From Novosphingobium sp. (GTDB lineage: Bacteria > Pseudomonadota > Alphaproteobacteria > Sphingomonadales > Sphingomonadaceae), in NCBI GenBank assembly GCA_035511275.1, contig DATKFS010000234.1:1-56764 (forward strand): a DNA stretch of 56,764 nt, in the 5' to 3' direction. The position numbers and the translations under genes are program-made. Shown here in pieces: positions 19,346 through 29,222 of this stretch (position 1 is its first letter; each line of letters begins with the position of its first letter). The notes under the pieces were generated by a model. That model worked only from the letters and a program-made list of their open reading frames with translations, was not told where the DNA came from and did not search any database.

Positions 19346-20728
19346 TCAGTTTTCGCCGTTTTCGCGCGCACTTTCCAGGGTCGCTGCGTCGAGACTATAG
19401 AACCAGATGAGCGCCGCCGCCGTCAGGTTGGCGAGGATCGGCACCGCCACCAGCAGGATGTAGAGCGACAGGCGCGCACTGTCGGGCTGGTCGATGATCG
19501 CGCCGCCGGTGGTGGGAATGTACCCGCCGAAGGCCAGGAACCCGCCGATCAGCGCTGGCGCCACGGCGAAGGCGATCTTCTCGACGATGGCGTAGACGCT
19601 GGCGAACATGCCTTCCCGGCGCAATCCGGTGCGATAGAAGTCGAACTGCATGGTATCGGGCAGCATCGCCGTCCCCGCGAGCAGGATTCCCGCGCTGAAG
19701 ACCCCGCGCAAGGCGCCGCGCGTCGCCAGCGTCCAGGCGGTCTCCTCGATGCCCGGCAGCAGCCACGCCAGATAGATGACGCACTGCGCGAACAGCCCGA
19801 GGATATAGATCGGCCGCTTGCCCCAGCGGTTGATCGCCTTGACCCACAGCGCCAGCGAGCCCGCCAGCGCGATGTTCTCGGCCACGCTGAACCACACTTG
19901 CCCGGTGTACCCCACCCGCGCGACGTTGAGCAGGAACAGGAGCTGCGTGCTCGCCGTCGCGGCCTGCCCGAACAGCAGGAACAGCTTGGCGCTCATCAGC
20001 AGCACGAAGGGTCGGTTCGAGCAGACCATCCGCAAGTGCGCGAGCGGGCGGACCGGCGTGCCCGTCTCGACCCGCTCCTGCCGACGCGCCTTGGCGGTGA
20101 ACACGACGGTCAACTGCGTGGTGCAGACGATGACGAGCGCCAGCGTTAGCCCCATCACCGCGTAGCCCCGCTCGCCGCGCCCGAACAGCGCGATCAGCTG
20201 CGCCCCTCCGGCAACCGAGACGAGCTGCCCCACCGCGATGAAGAAGCTGCGCCACGAGATCAGCCCCGTGCGCGAGGCCGCATCGTCGGTCATCTCGGCG
20301 GGCATCGCGATGTAGGGAATGTTGAACAGCGAATATCCGGTCGAGTAGATCACCAGAAGCACCGCGAGGCTGACGATCAGGCCGGTCCCGCTCGGCAGCA
20401 GCCATGGATTGAAGATCAGCGCGAAGGCGCCCGCCCCCATCAGGCTGCCGACGAACATGTACGGACGACGACGCCCCCAGCGCGACCGGGTGCGGTCGCT
20501 GGCGGCACCGATGAGGATGTCGGCGACGATGTCGTAGAGCTTCGATCCGGTCAGCAGCATCCCCGCGATGGCGGGGGAAAGCCCGAGCACCGTCGCCAGC
20601 ATCGCCGGGAAGTACATCGAGATGGGGTTGAGCATGCACGACACGCCCACGGTCCCGATCCCGAAGGCGAGCGAGAGCGAAAGCGGCAGTTCGGATTTGC
20701 GCGCGGGCGCGGGTTTCTTGGGGGCCAT
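19346..20728 (-). CDS. MFS transporter, GPH (glycoside-pentoside-hexuronide) family
   Basis: SDRTRSRWGRRRPY, NIPYIAMPAEMT, RREGMF motifs. Confidence 0.9.
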   Translation of the reverse strand: MAPKKPAPARKSELPLSLSLAFGIGTVGVSCMLNPISMYFPAMLATVLGLSPAIAGMLLTGSKLYDIVADILIGAASDRTRSRWGRRRPYMFVGSLMGAGAFALIFNPWLLPSGTGLIVSLAVLLVIYSTGYSLFNIPYIAMPAEMTDDAASRTGLISWRSFFIAVGQLVSVAGGAQLIALFGRGERGYAVMGLTLALVIVCTTQLTVVFTAKARRQERVETGTPVRPLAHLRMVCSNRPFVLLMSAKLFLLFGQAATASTQLLFLLNVARVGYTGQVWFSVAENIALAGSLALWVKAINRWGKRPIYILGLFAQCVIYLAWLLPGIEETAWTLATRGALRGVFSAGILLAGTAMLPDTMQFDFYRTGLRREGMFASVYAIVEKIAFAVAPALIGGFLAFGGYIPTTGGAIIDQPDSARLSLYILLVAVPILANLTAAALIWFYSLDAATLESARENGEN

Positions 20729-20887
20729 GCCGCATGAAGTGCCGCATTCGCGTTCCGCGCCACCCCTCCCGGCGGCACTTCTCGACAGTCGGTCAGTCGC
20801 GATCCGATCGGTGACCGGAGAGGAGCGGGCCTGCTAGCCCCGGCCTCGGCAAGACGACCGACCGTCGGCAGGAGGCCCCGCAGTCCC

Positions 20888-21706
20888 ATGGTGCAGATCA
20901 TCCGCAGCTATGCGCAAGGCCATTGGGGACAGGTGCACTTGCGTAGCTGCGGGGCAACCGTCGAGGGCGGGCCGCCTCCGCTCCTGTGCATCCACTCCAC
21001 TCCCAGCAGCGGCGCCATGTGGGACGCGATCCTGCCGCGCCTCGGCCGCGACAGGCTGGTGGTCGCGCCCGACACGCCCGGCTACGGGATGAGCGATCCG
21101 CCGCCCGCGCCGGTGACGATCCGCGACTACGCAGAGGCGCTCGCGGCTTTGTGCGACGACCTTGGCCTCGAACGGTTCGATGTCGCCGGATTCCACACCG
21201 GCTCGATCATCGCGACCGAGCTGGCGAACCTGCGCCCCGACCTCGTGCGCCGCCTCGTCGTATTCGGCCTCGCCGCCTACGATGCCGAGGCGCGCGCGCA
21301 GCGGCTTGCACGAGTGCGCGAATTCTTTCCCGAACCCGCCGCCGATCTCGCCCACATCGAAAAGCTCTGGGCGAGATTGACCGAGCTTGCCGACCCGCGC
21401 CTCCAGCCCGAGGAGCGCCATGTCGCCATGGCGGACTCCCTGCGCACCGGGGCGCGCCTGCCGTGGGGGTTCATGGCAGTCTACGACCACGACTTCATCG
21501 CGGCGATGGCCCGGGTCGCCCAGCCGGTCCTGGTGATGAACCCCGAGGACGACCTCTGGGCACAGACCCACACCCATTGGCGCACCTACCCCGACGCCCG
21601 GCTCGTGGAGATTCCCGGCGTGAAGCACGGCGTGCTCAAGCTGGAGACCGACCGCGTCGAGGCCGAGATGCGCGCCTTCCTCACCACGGAGCCGAAATGC
21701 TGCTGA
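20888..21706 (+). CDS. Alpha/beta-hydrolase-fold protein, His-elbow type
   Basis: WGQVHLR, IHSTPSSG, PDTPGYGMSD, VAGFHTGS, NPEDDL, VKHG. Confidence 0.88.
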   Translation: MVQIIRSYAQGHWGQVHLRSCGATVEGGPPPLLCIHSTPSSGAMWDAILPRLGRDRLVVAPDTPGYGMSDPPPAPVTIRDYAEALAALCDDLGLERFDVAGFHTGSIIATELANLRPDLVRRLVVFGLAAYDAEARAQRLARVREFFPEPAADLAHIEKLWARLTELADPRLQPEERHVAMADSLRTGARLPWGFMAVYDHDFIAAMARVAQPVLVMNPEDDLWAQTHTHWRTYPDARLVEIPGVKHGVLKLETDRVEAEMRAFLTTEPKCC

Positions 21707-22869
21707 ACCGCGACCGCGCCGACGCCGTCATGGACCGCGAGGGTCTGTCGGCGATCGTCGCCTCCAGTCCGATCAACACCTACTACCTCAGTTCCTGGGC
21801 GACGGACGCGAGCTGGGGCTTCGGCGACCTTGCGCTGTGCGTGCTGCCGCGTGATCGCGCGCTGCCCCCGGCGGTCATCACCGTCGAGGTCGATGCCGGA
21901 CAGCCCCAGCAGCGCGACGGGACATGGATGGACATCGTGCGCGGCTACGCCCGCCGTCCCGGGATCGGTCCCGGCGGCACGCAGGCGAGCGCGGACGCCG
22001 GCGGGTTGCCGCCCGACCATGCCACCGCCATCGCCGCGTGGTTCGCCGAACTCGGCTTCGCTAACGCCGCGATCGGGTTCGAGGACCGTGGCCTCGGCGC
22101 CGATGTCGCCGCGCAGGTCCCGGGCGTCCGCGTCGCCGATGCGAAGGACCTCCTGCGCGAGATCCGCATGGTCAAGACGCCGCCGGAGCTGGCCTTCATG
22201 CGCGCCGCCGCGCGCAAGACCGACGCCGCGATAGCCCTGTGCGCCGAGGCGATCGCCGCCGGGGCGACCTGCGCCGAAGCGGAGCGCGTGTTCTGGGCGG
22301 GCGTACCGATGACGGGCGCGCGGCCGATGTTCCTGCTCATCACGCCCTTCCGCCCGGGCCATGGCCGCCTGCCCAAGACCGCGCAGCTTCTCCCCGGCGA
22401 CACCGTCACGTTCGACGCCACCGCAGAATTTGCGCACTACACCAGCGACATCGGCCGCACCCTCGTCATCGGCGAGCCGAGCGCCGACCAGTTGCGCTGC
22501 TACGAAGCCACGCGCCTGGGCTGGCTCGCCTCGCTCGGCGCCTTCCGCGCCGGGGCGCGCTCCACCGAGATCGAAGCCAGCGTCACCGCGGCGATCCAGG
22601 CGGCGGGCAACCCGGCGTACAAGTCCTCGAACATCCATTCGGTCGGGCTCGAACACACCGACCACCCGCATCCCGGCAACGCCATGGCGCCCTTCACGCT
22701 GGAGACCGGCATGGTGCTGAGCTGCGACCTGCCGTGGATCGGCCCGGAGGTGGGCAAGTTCCACTTCGAGGACATGATCCTGCTCGGCGCGGACGGCGTC
22801 GAGATACTCAACCGGGCCGACAACCGGCTCATCGCCTGCATCGACGGCCGCACCGAGCACGTCGGCTGA
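21697..22869 (+). CDS. M24 (Xaa-Pro peptidase/creatinase fold) amidohydrolase
   Basis: IRMVKTPPE, FDAT...YTSDIGRT, HSVGLEHTDHP, FEDMI. Confidence 0.88.
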   Translation: MLLNRDRADAVMDREGLSAIVASSPINTYYLSSWATDASWGFGDLALCVLPRDRALPPAVITVEVDAGQPQQRDGTWMDIVRGYARRPGIGPGGTQASADAGGLPPDHATAIAAWFAELGFANAAIGFEDRGLGADVAAQVPGVRVADAKDLLREIRMVKTPPELAFMRAAARKTDAAIALCAEAIAAGATCAEAERVFWAGVPMTGARPMFLLITPFRPGHGRLPKTAQLLPGDTVTFDATAEFAHYTSDIGRTLVIGEPSADQLRCYEATRLGWLASLGAFRAGARSTEIEASVTAAIQAAGNPAYKSSNIHSVGLEHTDHPHPGNAMAPFTLETGMVLSCDLPWIGPEVGKFHFEDMILLGADGVEILNRADNRLIACIDGRTEHVG

Positions 22870-22888
22870 GCCAGCCAAGCAAAGAGGC

Positions 22889-24292
22889 ATGACCGTGACC
22901 ACCACTCCCCGCCGCCGGATGATCTTCGCGACCTTCATCCACAACGCCGGTGCCCATCCGGGCGGATGGCGCTACGGCGACGCTCCCGCCGAGGACCTGC
23001 ACGACTTCGCGGTCTACGCCCGCCTTGCGCAGACCGCCGAGCGCGGCAAGTTCCACTGCTACTTCTCGGGCGATGCGCAGGGATATCACCATATCTCGGG
23101 CAGCGGGGCATTCTCGGCCACCGACAACGCGGGCAAGCTGGAGCCGACCACACTGCTCGGCGCGCTGTCGCAGGTGACGAAGTCGATCGGACTGGTCTCC
23201 ACCGCGTCCACCACCTACAACGAGCCCTATGCCATCGCTCGCCGCTTCGCCTCGCTCGACCACCTGACCGCCGGGCGCGCGGGCTGGAACGTGGTGACGT
23301 CCGCGACCGAGAACGAGGCCCGCAACTTCGGCCGCGACCTCCACATGGACCACGACCAGCGCTACGAACGGGCGGAGGAGTTCGTCGATGTCGTGCGGGG
23401 CCTGTGGGACAGCTGGGAAGACGGCTCTATGATCCGCGACAAGGCGGCCGGGCGCTACTTCGAGCCGGCCAGGGTCCACGCGCTCAACCACAAGGGCCGG
23501 CACTTCACGGTCAGCGGCCCGCTCAACGTCGGGCGCCCGCCGCAGGGCCATCCGGTAGTGGTGCAGGCGGGCGGGTCGGAACCCGGGCGCGCCCTGGCCG
23601 CGCGCACGGCGGACCTCGTGTTCACCGCGCAGCCTTCGATGGAGAAGGCGCAGGCCTTCTACGCCGACATGAAGGCGCGGGCGCGCGCGTTCGGCCGCAC
23701 CCCCGACCACGTCGCCATCATCCCCTCGATGCAGATCCTCGTGCGTCCGACCGAGGAGGAAGCCCGGCGCGACACGCAGGCGCTGCTCGACCTGATCCCG
23801 CTGGAACTCGCCATCGGCAAGCTGGAGATGCTGCTGGGCGACATCGACCTTTCCGGCGTCCCGCTGGACGGCCCGCTGCCCGAGATCGGCCTCACCAACG
23901 CCGGCCAGTGGGTGCAGCAGCAGATCATCGCCATGGCGAGCGACGAGAACCTGACCGTCGAGCAGCTCGCCCGCCGCGTATCGGTCTCGCGCGCCAGCTT
24001 CGCGATGGCGGGCACGCCCGAGCAGGTCGCCGACATGTTCCAGCAGTGGTTCGAAAGCGGCGCCGCCGACGGCTTCTCGATCTCGCCCAACTACCTCGAC
24101 GGCAACCTCGACGACATCGTCGACCAGGTGATCCCGATCCTGCAGGCGCGCGGCCTGTTCCGCACCGAGTACGAGCCGGGCACCCTGCGCGACAACCTCG
24201 GCCTCCCGCGCCCGGAGAACATGTTCGTCGCCGACCCCTCGCTCGGCGGGGAGCCGGACATCTGGAAGCCGCTGCACGAGGCCGCGCAGTGA
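22889..24292 (+). CDS. LLM flavin-dependent monooxygenase, NtaA/SnaA/DszA family
   Basis: HPGGWR, AERGKF, LEPTTL, STTYNEPY, GWNVVTS, QAGGS, FRTEY. Confidence 0.92.
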   Translation: MTVTTTPRRRMIFATFIHNAGAHPGGWRYGDAPAEDLHDFAVYARLAQTAERGKFHCYFSGDAQGYHHISGSGAFSATDNAGKLEPTTLLGALSQVTKSIGLVSTASTTYNEPYAIARRFASLDHLTAGRAGWNVVTSATENEARNFGRDLHMDHDQRYERAEEFVDVVRGLWDSWEDGSMIRDKAAGRYFEPARVHALNHKGRHFTVSGPLNVGRPPQGHPVVVQAGGSEPGRALAARTADLVFTAQPSMEKAQAFYADMKARARAFGRTPDHVAIIPSMQILVRPTEEEARRDTQALLDLIPLELAIGKLEMLLGDIDLSGVPLDGPLPEIGLTNAGQWVQQQIIAMASDENLTVEQLARRVSVSRASFAMAGTPEQVADMFQQWFESGAADGFSISPNYLDGNLDDIVDQVIPILQARGLFRTEYEPGTLRDNLGLPRPENMFVADPSLGGEPDIWKPLHEAAQ

Positions 24293-25119
24293 GCCTTGCC
24301 GCGATGCACCGCGCCTATTGCGGCGGCCCTTACGGCCAGATCCACTACCGCATCGCGCGCCCCGCCGGCCCGGCCACGCTGCCACCGCTGCTGTGCCTGC
24401 ACCAGACGCCCAAGTCCGGCATCGACTACGAGCCCGTCATGCCCCTGCTGGCCGCGCAGGGCCGGGTGGTGCTCGCGCCCGACACGCCGGGGTATGGCGG
24501 CAGCGACGCTCCCGAAGGTCCGATCGGCATCCGCGATTTCGGGCACGTCATGGCCGGATTCCTCGAGACGATGCGCGCGGACGGCGTGATCGGCGAAGGC
24601 CCCGTGGACGTCATGGGCTATCACACCGGCTCGGTCACCGCGACCGAGCTTGCCGTCACCCGCCCCCGGCTGATCCGCCGCCTCGTGCTGGTCAGCCTCG
24701 CCGCCTACGACGCGCAGGAGCGCGCGCGCCGCCTCGACGCCATCGACCGTTTCCCCGTGCCGCGCCCCGATGCCGGCCATGTCGCGGACTTGTGGACGCT
24801 GATGGAATCGATGCACGACACCCGCGTCGATCTCGCCTGGAAGCACGCCTCGCTGGCGGAGCACCTGCGCCCCGGAGACCGCCTGCCCTGGGGCTTTCGC
24901 GCGGTCTACGAATACGACTTCATCGGCGCGCTGGAGCAGCTGCGGCAACCGACGCTGCTGCTCTGCCCCGAGGACGACCTCTGGGACGTGACGCACCGCG
25001 AGGCCCACCGCATCGCCGACCAGCGCTTCGTCGAACTGCCCGGCGCCGCCCACGGCTTCCTCAAGGTCGATGCCGAGGCGGTTGCCGCGCGCATCGACGC
25101 TTTCCTGAAAGAGCGCTGA
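24289..25119 (+). CDS. Alpha/beta-hydrolase-fold protein, His-elbow type
   Basis: YGQIHYR, LHQTPKSG, PDTPGYGGSD, VMGYHTGS, CPEDDL, AAHG; GTGA overlap. Confidence 0.88.
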   Translation: MSLAAMHRAYCGGPYGQIHYRIARPAGPATLPPLLCLHQTPKSGIDYEPVMPLLAAQGRVVLAPDTPGYGGSDAPEGPIGIRDFGHVMAGFLETMRADGVIGEGPVDVMGYHTGSVTATELAVTRPRLIRRLVLVSLAAYDAQERARRLDAIDRFPVPRPDAGHVADLWTLMESMHDTRVDLAWKHASLAEHLRPGDRLPWGFRAVYEYDFIGALEQLRQPTLLLCPEDDLWDVTHREAHRIADQRFVELPGAAHGFLKVDAEAVAARIDAFLKER

Positions 25120-25127
25120 AACACGTC

Positions 25128-26099
25128 ATGCCCGCCAGTCCGCTTCCGCGACGCATCCTTGCCTCCCTCGCCGCTCTCGGCCTCGCTTCGGCGATGACGC
25201 CCGCGCCCCCTGCCCGCGCCGCCGCCGCACCGGCCGCGCGCGTGGCGACGATCGTTTCGACCGATCCCGTCACCGTCGAAGGCCCACACGGCGCCATCGT
25301 CCTGCGGATCACCGCCCCGGCAGCGGGCAGCCACCTTCCCGTGCTGGTCTTCGCGCATGGCGCCGCGCTCAACCGGTCCGACTATCGGCCGCTGGTCGAA
25401 GGCATCGCGCGCGCGGGCTACATCGTCGTCCAGCCCGATTTCCCGGACGCCTCGGCCGACGGCATAGCCCCCGCAAGCTGGCCGGCCGACACCTGGCGCA
25501 TCCGCTACGACACCCTCGCCTGGATCGGCATGCACCTGCCTGCCGCGCTGAAGCCGGTTTCCGGGCTCGCCCGGCGGGCAGACCTCGGCCGCGTGGCAGT
25601 GGCCGGGCACAGCTTCGGCGGCCAATCCGCCGCGCTCGCCATGGGTGCGCGGGTGGAGGGCATGGGCGCCGAGCCCGCGCTTCCCTATCGCGCCGCCGTG
25701 CTCCTGTCCGCGCCCGGCAACTGGGACGGCCTGACGAGCGCCTGGAAAGCCCGGGCGACGTACCTGAAGGTCGACTGGTCGGCGATGCGCGGTCCGGTAC
25801 TCATGGTGAACGGCACTGCCGACACCGGCCCGATGAGCGACCTGGGGGCAGCCTGGCACGACGACGGTTTCAGGCTCTCGCCAGCCGGCCACGACACCTG
25901 CCTCATGCATGTCGAGGGCGCCGGCCACTACCTCGGCGGCATCGACTCCGCGCTGCGCCCGCCGCTGGGCGACACCACCCCGGCACGGCGCGCCGCCGTG
26001 CTCGATGCGACCGTCGCCTTCCTCGATCACGCGCTGGGCCGCCAGACCGCTGCCGGGCGCGCATGGCCGGGGCTGCGCGGCGCCCTCGCCTGCAAGTAG
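25128..26099 (+). CDS. Exported alpha/beta hydrolase (chlorophyllase/dienelactone hydrolase-like)
   Basis: Signal peptide with RR, PVLVFAHG, GHSFGG elbow, GTAD, GAGHYLGG. Confidence 0.82.
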   Translation: MPASPLPRRILASLAALGLASAMTPAPPARAAAAPAARVATIVSTDPVTVEGPHGAIVLRITAPAAGSHLPVLVFAHGAALNRSDYRPLVEGIARAGYIVVQPDFPDASADGIAPASWPADTWRIRYDTLAWIGMHLPAALKPVSGLARRADLGRVAVAGHSFGGQSAALAMGARVEGMGAEPALPYRAAVLLSAPGNWDGLTSAWKARATYLKVDWSAMRGPVLMVNGTADTGPMSDLGAAWHDDGFRLSPAGHDTCLMHVEGAGHYLGGIDSALRPPLGDTTPARRAAVLDATVAFLDHALGRQTAAGRAWPGLRGALACK

Positions 26100-26110
26100 G
26101 AAGCGCCAGC

Positions 26111-27388
26111 ATGTTGCTCAATCGGGAACGCGCCAACCTGGTGATGGACCGCCACGGCCTCGACGGGCTGGTCGCGGCCTTCCCGGAGAACGTCTATTAC
26201 CTCTCCGACTATTGGGGACCGATGTTCCTGATGTCGCGCAACTACACGCTCTACGCGCTGCTGCCGCGCGACGAGAACGCATCGGCGGCGCTGGTGATGC
26301 CGGGGACGGGGGTCTACCACCTCGAACATCGCCCGACCTGGATGCCCAACGTCGCGACTTTCGTCACCCGCGTCGCGCCGCGCACCCCGCGCGACTTCGA
26401 GTTCACCACCGAGGAACTCGACCTCGACCAGATGGTCACGACGGTAAGCCCCGACACTCCGCTCACCCCCTATCCCACGCGCCCCGGCGCCGAGATGGCC
26501 CCGCGCGACCTGCAACTGCTGGACCGCTACGCCGCGCATCAGGGCCGCTCCGAGGCGACCGCCGCGCGCGCCCTCGGCCGCGCCATCCATGACGCCGGGC
26601 TGGGCACCGGCAGGCTGGGCTTCGACGATCCGCGTGTGCTGGGCTGGCTGCGCGAGATCGGGCACACGGCGCTGGACGGCGTGGACGCGCTCAACGTCTT
26701 CAAGGAAATCCGCATGGTGAAGAGCCCGGCGGAAATCGAACTGCTGCGCATCGCCGGACGGCGGGGCGAGGAGGTGCTGGACGGGGTGATCGAGCGCATG
26801 GAAGTGGGAATGCCGCTCGATGCGCTGGGCGACATCCACGCCCGGCTCGCGGCGGAGCGGGAATGCCGGTCGGAATGGATCATCGCCAATATCCGCGGGC
26901 TCGCGACAGGCGCGGTGGAGGCGGGCGAACTCATCAAGCTCGACAGCGTGGTGAGCTACCGGCAGTATCGCGGCGACGTCGGCCGCTCGGTCTACTTCGG
27001 CGAGCCCGACGCCGAGATGCTGCGCCGGTCCGAAGCGGTGAGCCGCGCGCTGGAGATCGCCTATGCCGAAATCCGCCCGGGGCGCACCTTCAAGGAGATC
27101 GTCGACCTGACGCTCGCCGCCGTCCACCGCGAGGGATTTCCCAGCTTCGTCATAGCCGGGCCGCACAGCGTCGGGCTGGAACATACCGACCACCCCGTCT
27201 CGGTGGGGGCCGAGATGCCCGGCCATCACCCGTTGGCGTTCGAGGAGAACATGGTCTTCACCCTCGACATGCCCTACCACGAGTTCGGGTGGGGCACGAC
27301 GCACGTCGAGGACATGATGATCGTGCGCAAGGACGGGTGCGAGCCGATCACCTCGATGGATACAAGGCTGCGCGTCAAGCCCGCCTGA
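26111..27388 (+). CDS. M24 amidohydrolase, paralogue 2
   Basis: MLLNRERA N-terminus like 21697, IRMVKSPAE, YRGDVGRS, HSVGLEHTDHP, HVEDMM. Confidence 0.9.
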   Translation: MLLNRERANLVMDRHGLDGLVAAFPENVYYLSDYWGPMFLMSRNYTLYALLPRDENASAALVMPGTGVYHLEHRPTWMPNVATFVTRVAPRTPRDFEFTTEELDLDQMVTTVSPDTPLTPYPTRPGAEMAPRDLQLLDRYAAHQGRSEATAARALGRAIHDAGLGTGRLGFDDPRVLGWLREIGHTALDGVDALNVFKEIRMVKSPAEIELLRIAGRRGEEVLDGVIERMEVGMPLDALGDIHARLAAERECRSEWIIANIRGLATGAVEAGELIKLDSVVSYRQYRGDVGRSVYFGEPDAEMLRRSEAVSRALEIAYAEIRPGRTFKEIVDLTLAAVHREGFPSFVIAGPHSVGLEHTDHPVSVGAEMPGHHPLAFEENMVFTLDMPYHEFGWGTTHVEDMMIVRKDGCEPITSMDTRLRVKPA

Positions 27389-27400
27389 CCGACCGCGCGT

Positions 27401-28111
27401 TCACCCCGCGCCGACCACCGCCGCCGTCTGGCCATAGAGGATGCGCCGCGCCTCCTCCCCCTGCGGCGCATGGGCGTGCGGGTTGACCTCGTCGACGAGG
27501 GCATAGGCGCGGGCGACGGCCGGACGCGCGGCGATCGCCTCGAACCAGCGCTTGAGATGCGGGAAATCGTCGAGCTTCTGCGCCTGTCCCTGCCACGGGA
27601 CGATCCACGGGTAGCTGGCGATGTCGGCGATCGAGTACTCGGTGCCGGCAAGGTATTCGCGGTCGGCAAGGCGCTTGTTCAGGACGCCGTAGAGCCGGTT
27701 GGTCTCGTTGGTGTAGCGATCGATCGCATAGGGGATGGGCTCGGGCGCGGCGTGGCGGAAATGGTGGTTCTGCCCCGCCATCGGGCCCAGCCCGCCCATC
27801 TGCCAGAACACCCACTGCACCGCCTCGCTCCGCCCGCGCAGGTCGGTGGGAAGGAACCGCCCCGTCTTCTCGGCAAGGTAGAGCAGGATCGCCCCGGACT
27901 CGAAGACCGAGAGCGGCGGCCCGCCGTCCGCCGGATCGTCGTCGACGATCGCGGGGATGCGGTTGTTGGGCGCGATTGACAGGAAGTAGGGCAGGAACTG
28001 CTCGCCCCTGCCGATGTCGACCGGGGTGACCCGGAACGGCAGCCCCGTCTCCTCGAGGAAGATGGTGATCTTGTGGCCGTTCGGCGTCGTCCAGTAATAG
28101 AGGTCGATCAT
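27401..28111 (-). CDS. yfcG: GST-family disulfide-bond oxidoreductase (YfcG-like)
   Basis: MIDLYYWTTPNGHKITIFLEE, PNNRIPAI, FESGAIL, QMGGLGPMAGQNHHF. Confidence 0.9.
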   Translation of the reverse strand: MIDLYYWTTPNGHKITIFLEETGLPFRVTPVDIGRGEQFLPYFLSIAPNNRIPAIVDDDPADGGPPLSVFESGAILLYLAEKTGRFLPTDLRGRSEAVQWVFWQMGGLGPMAGQNHHFRHAAPEPIPYAIDRYTNETNRLYGVLNKRLADREYLAGTEYSIADIASYPWIVPWQGQAQKLDDFPHLKRWFEAIAARPAVARAYALVDEVNPHAHAPQGEEARRILYGQTAAVVGAG

Positions 28112-28142
28112 CGCGATCTCCGGGTCTTGGGCCGTGCGGGCG

Positions 28143-28775
28143 TCATGCCGGCTGCGCCACGAGGCGCAGGTACGGCTTCTTCGCCAGCCAGCCGTCGGGG
28201 AAGAGCGTGCGCGCGGCATCGTCGCTCAGCGAGGGGACGATGATGACGTCGTCGCCGTCCTGCCAGTCGGCCGGGGTCGCCACCTTGTGCCCATCGGTCA
28301 GTTGCAGGCTGTCGATCGTGCGCAGGATCTCGGCGAAGTTGCGCCCGGTCGAAGCCGGATAGGTCAGCGTCAGCCGCAGCTTCTTCGTGGGGTCGATGAC
28401 GAGGACCGTGCGCACCGTCGTCGTGTCCGAGGCATTGGGGTGGATGAGGTCGAGGAGCTGCGAGACCTTGCGGTCGTCATCCGCGATCAGCGGGAAGTTG
28501 AGCGCGGTCCCCTGCGTTTCCTCGATGTCCCGCGCCCAGTCGCGGTGGCTGGCGGCGGGATCGACGGAGAGCCCGATGACCTTGACGCCGCGCCGGTCGA
28601 ACTCGGGCTTGAGGCGTGCCACGGTCCCCAGTTCGGTGGTGCAGACCGGCGTGAAGTCCTTGGGGTGCGAGAACAGCACGACCCAGTTGTCGCCCGCCCA
28701 CTCGTAGAAGCCGATGGGCCCCTCGGTGGAATCCTGGGTGAAGTCTGGGACGGTGTCGGATAGCTTCAGGGACAT
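28143..28775 (-). CDS. lsfA: 1-Cys peroxiredoxin (Prx6/LsfA type)
   Basis: FSHPKDFTPVCTTE, YPASTGRNF, VATPADW. Confidence 0.92.
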   Translation of the reverse strand: MSLKLSDTVPDFTQDSTEGPIGFYEWAGDNWVVLFSHPKDFTPVCTTELGTVARLKPEFDRRGVKVIGLSVDPAASHRDWARDIEETQGTALNFPLIADDDRKVSQLLDLIHPNASDTTTVRTVLVIDPTKKLRLTLTYPASTGRNFAEILRTIDSLQLTDGHKVATPADWQDGDDVIIVPSLSDDAARTLFPDGWLAKKPYLRLVAQPA

Positions 28776-29161
28776 GGCAAGGTGCCTTTCTGGGATGGCT
28801 GGCGCGCGGAGAGCCGCCGGCTTTTGCGGGGACGAACAACAGCATGCGCCGGCGCATGGGCCGCGCGTCGATCCTGGGTCAAAGATGCGATGCCTGGCGC
28901 TGTCGCCTGGGATCGGATGCCGGTTCCGGCTCGGGCCGGGCCGCGCGTGCGGGTTTCCGGCGCGTTCCCGGACGGTGGAGACCGCACACGGGAAGCCCGT
29001 TCAACCTATGCCCCGGCGGGACCGAGTCAACGCCAAGATTTCTTTGCCGACGCCCTAGCCCTGCTTGCCGCTGTTCGATTCTGCGCATCGCCCTTCGCGG
29101 CGCTGGCGCAATTTGACCGCCCCGCCCTCGCCGGACCGCCTTCCCCACGCTTTCCCGCGAC

Positions 29162-29177
29162 TGGCACGCCTCTTGAT
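29162..29177 (+). promoter_or_regulatory. Sigma54 -24/-12 promoter (variant -12)
   Basis: TGGCAC-GCCTC-TTGAT upstream of the 29223 ORF and the ABC exporter genes. Confidence 0.6.
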
Positions 29178-29222
29178 AAGGAAAGCGCGGATGCGCGCCG
29201 CGCGCTCATGCAGGGGATTTCG

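Noticed and set aside
20728-20745. Fourth copy of the 17-bp operator (GCATGAAG core)
   Set aside because: Both outer arms mismatch the consensus.
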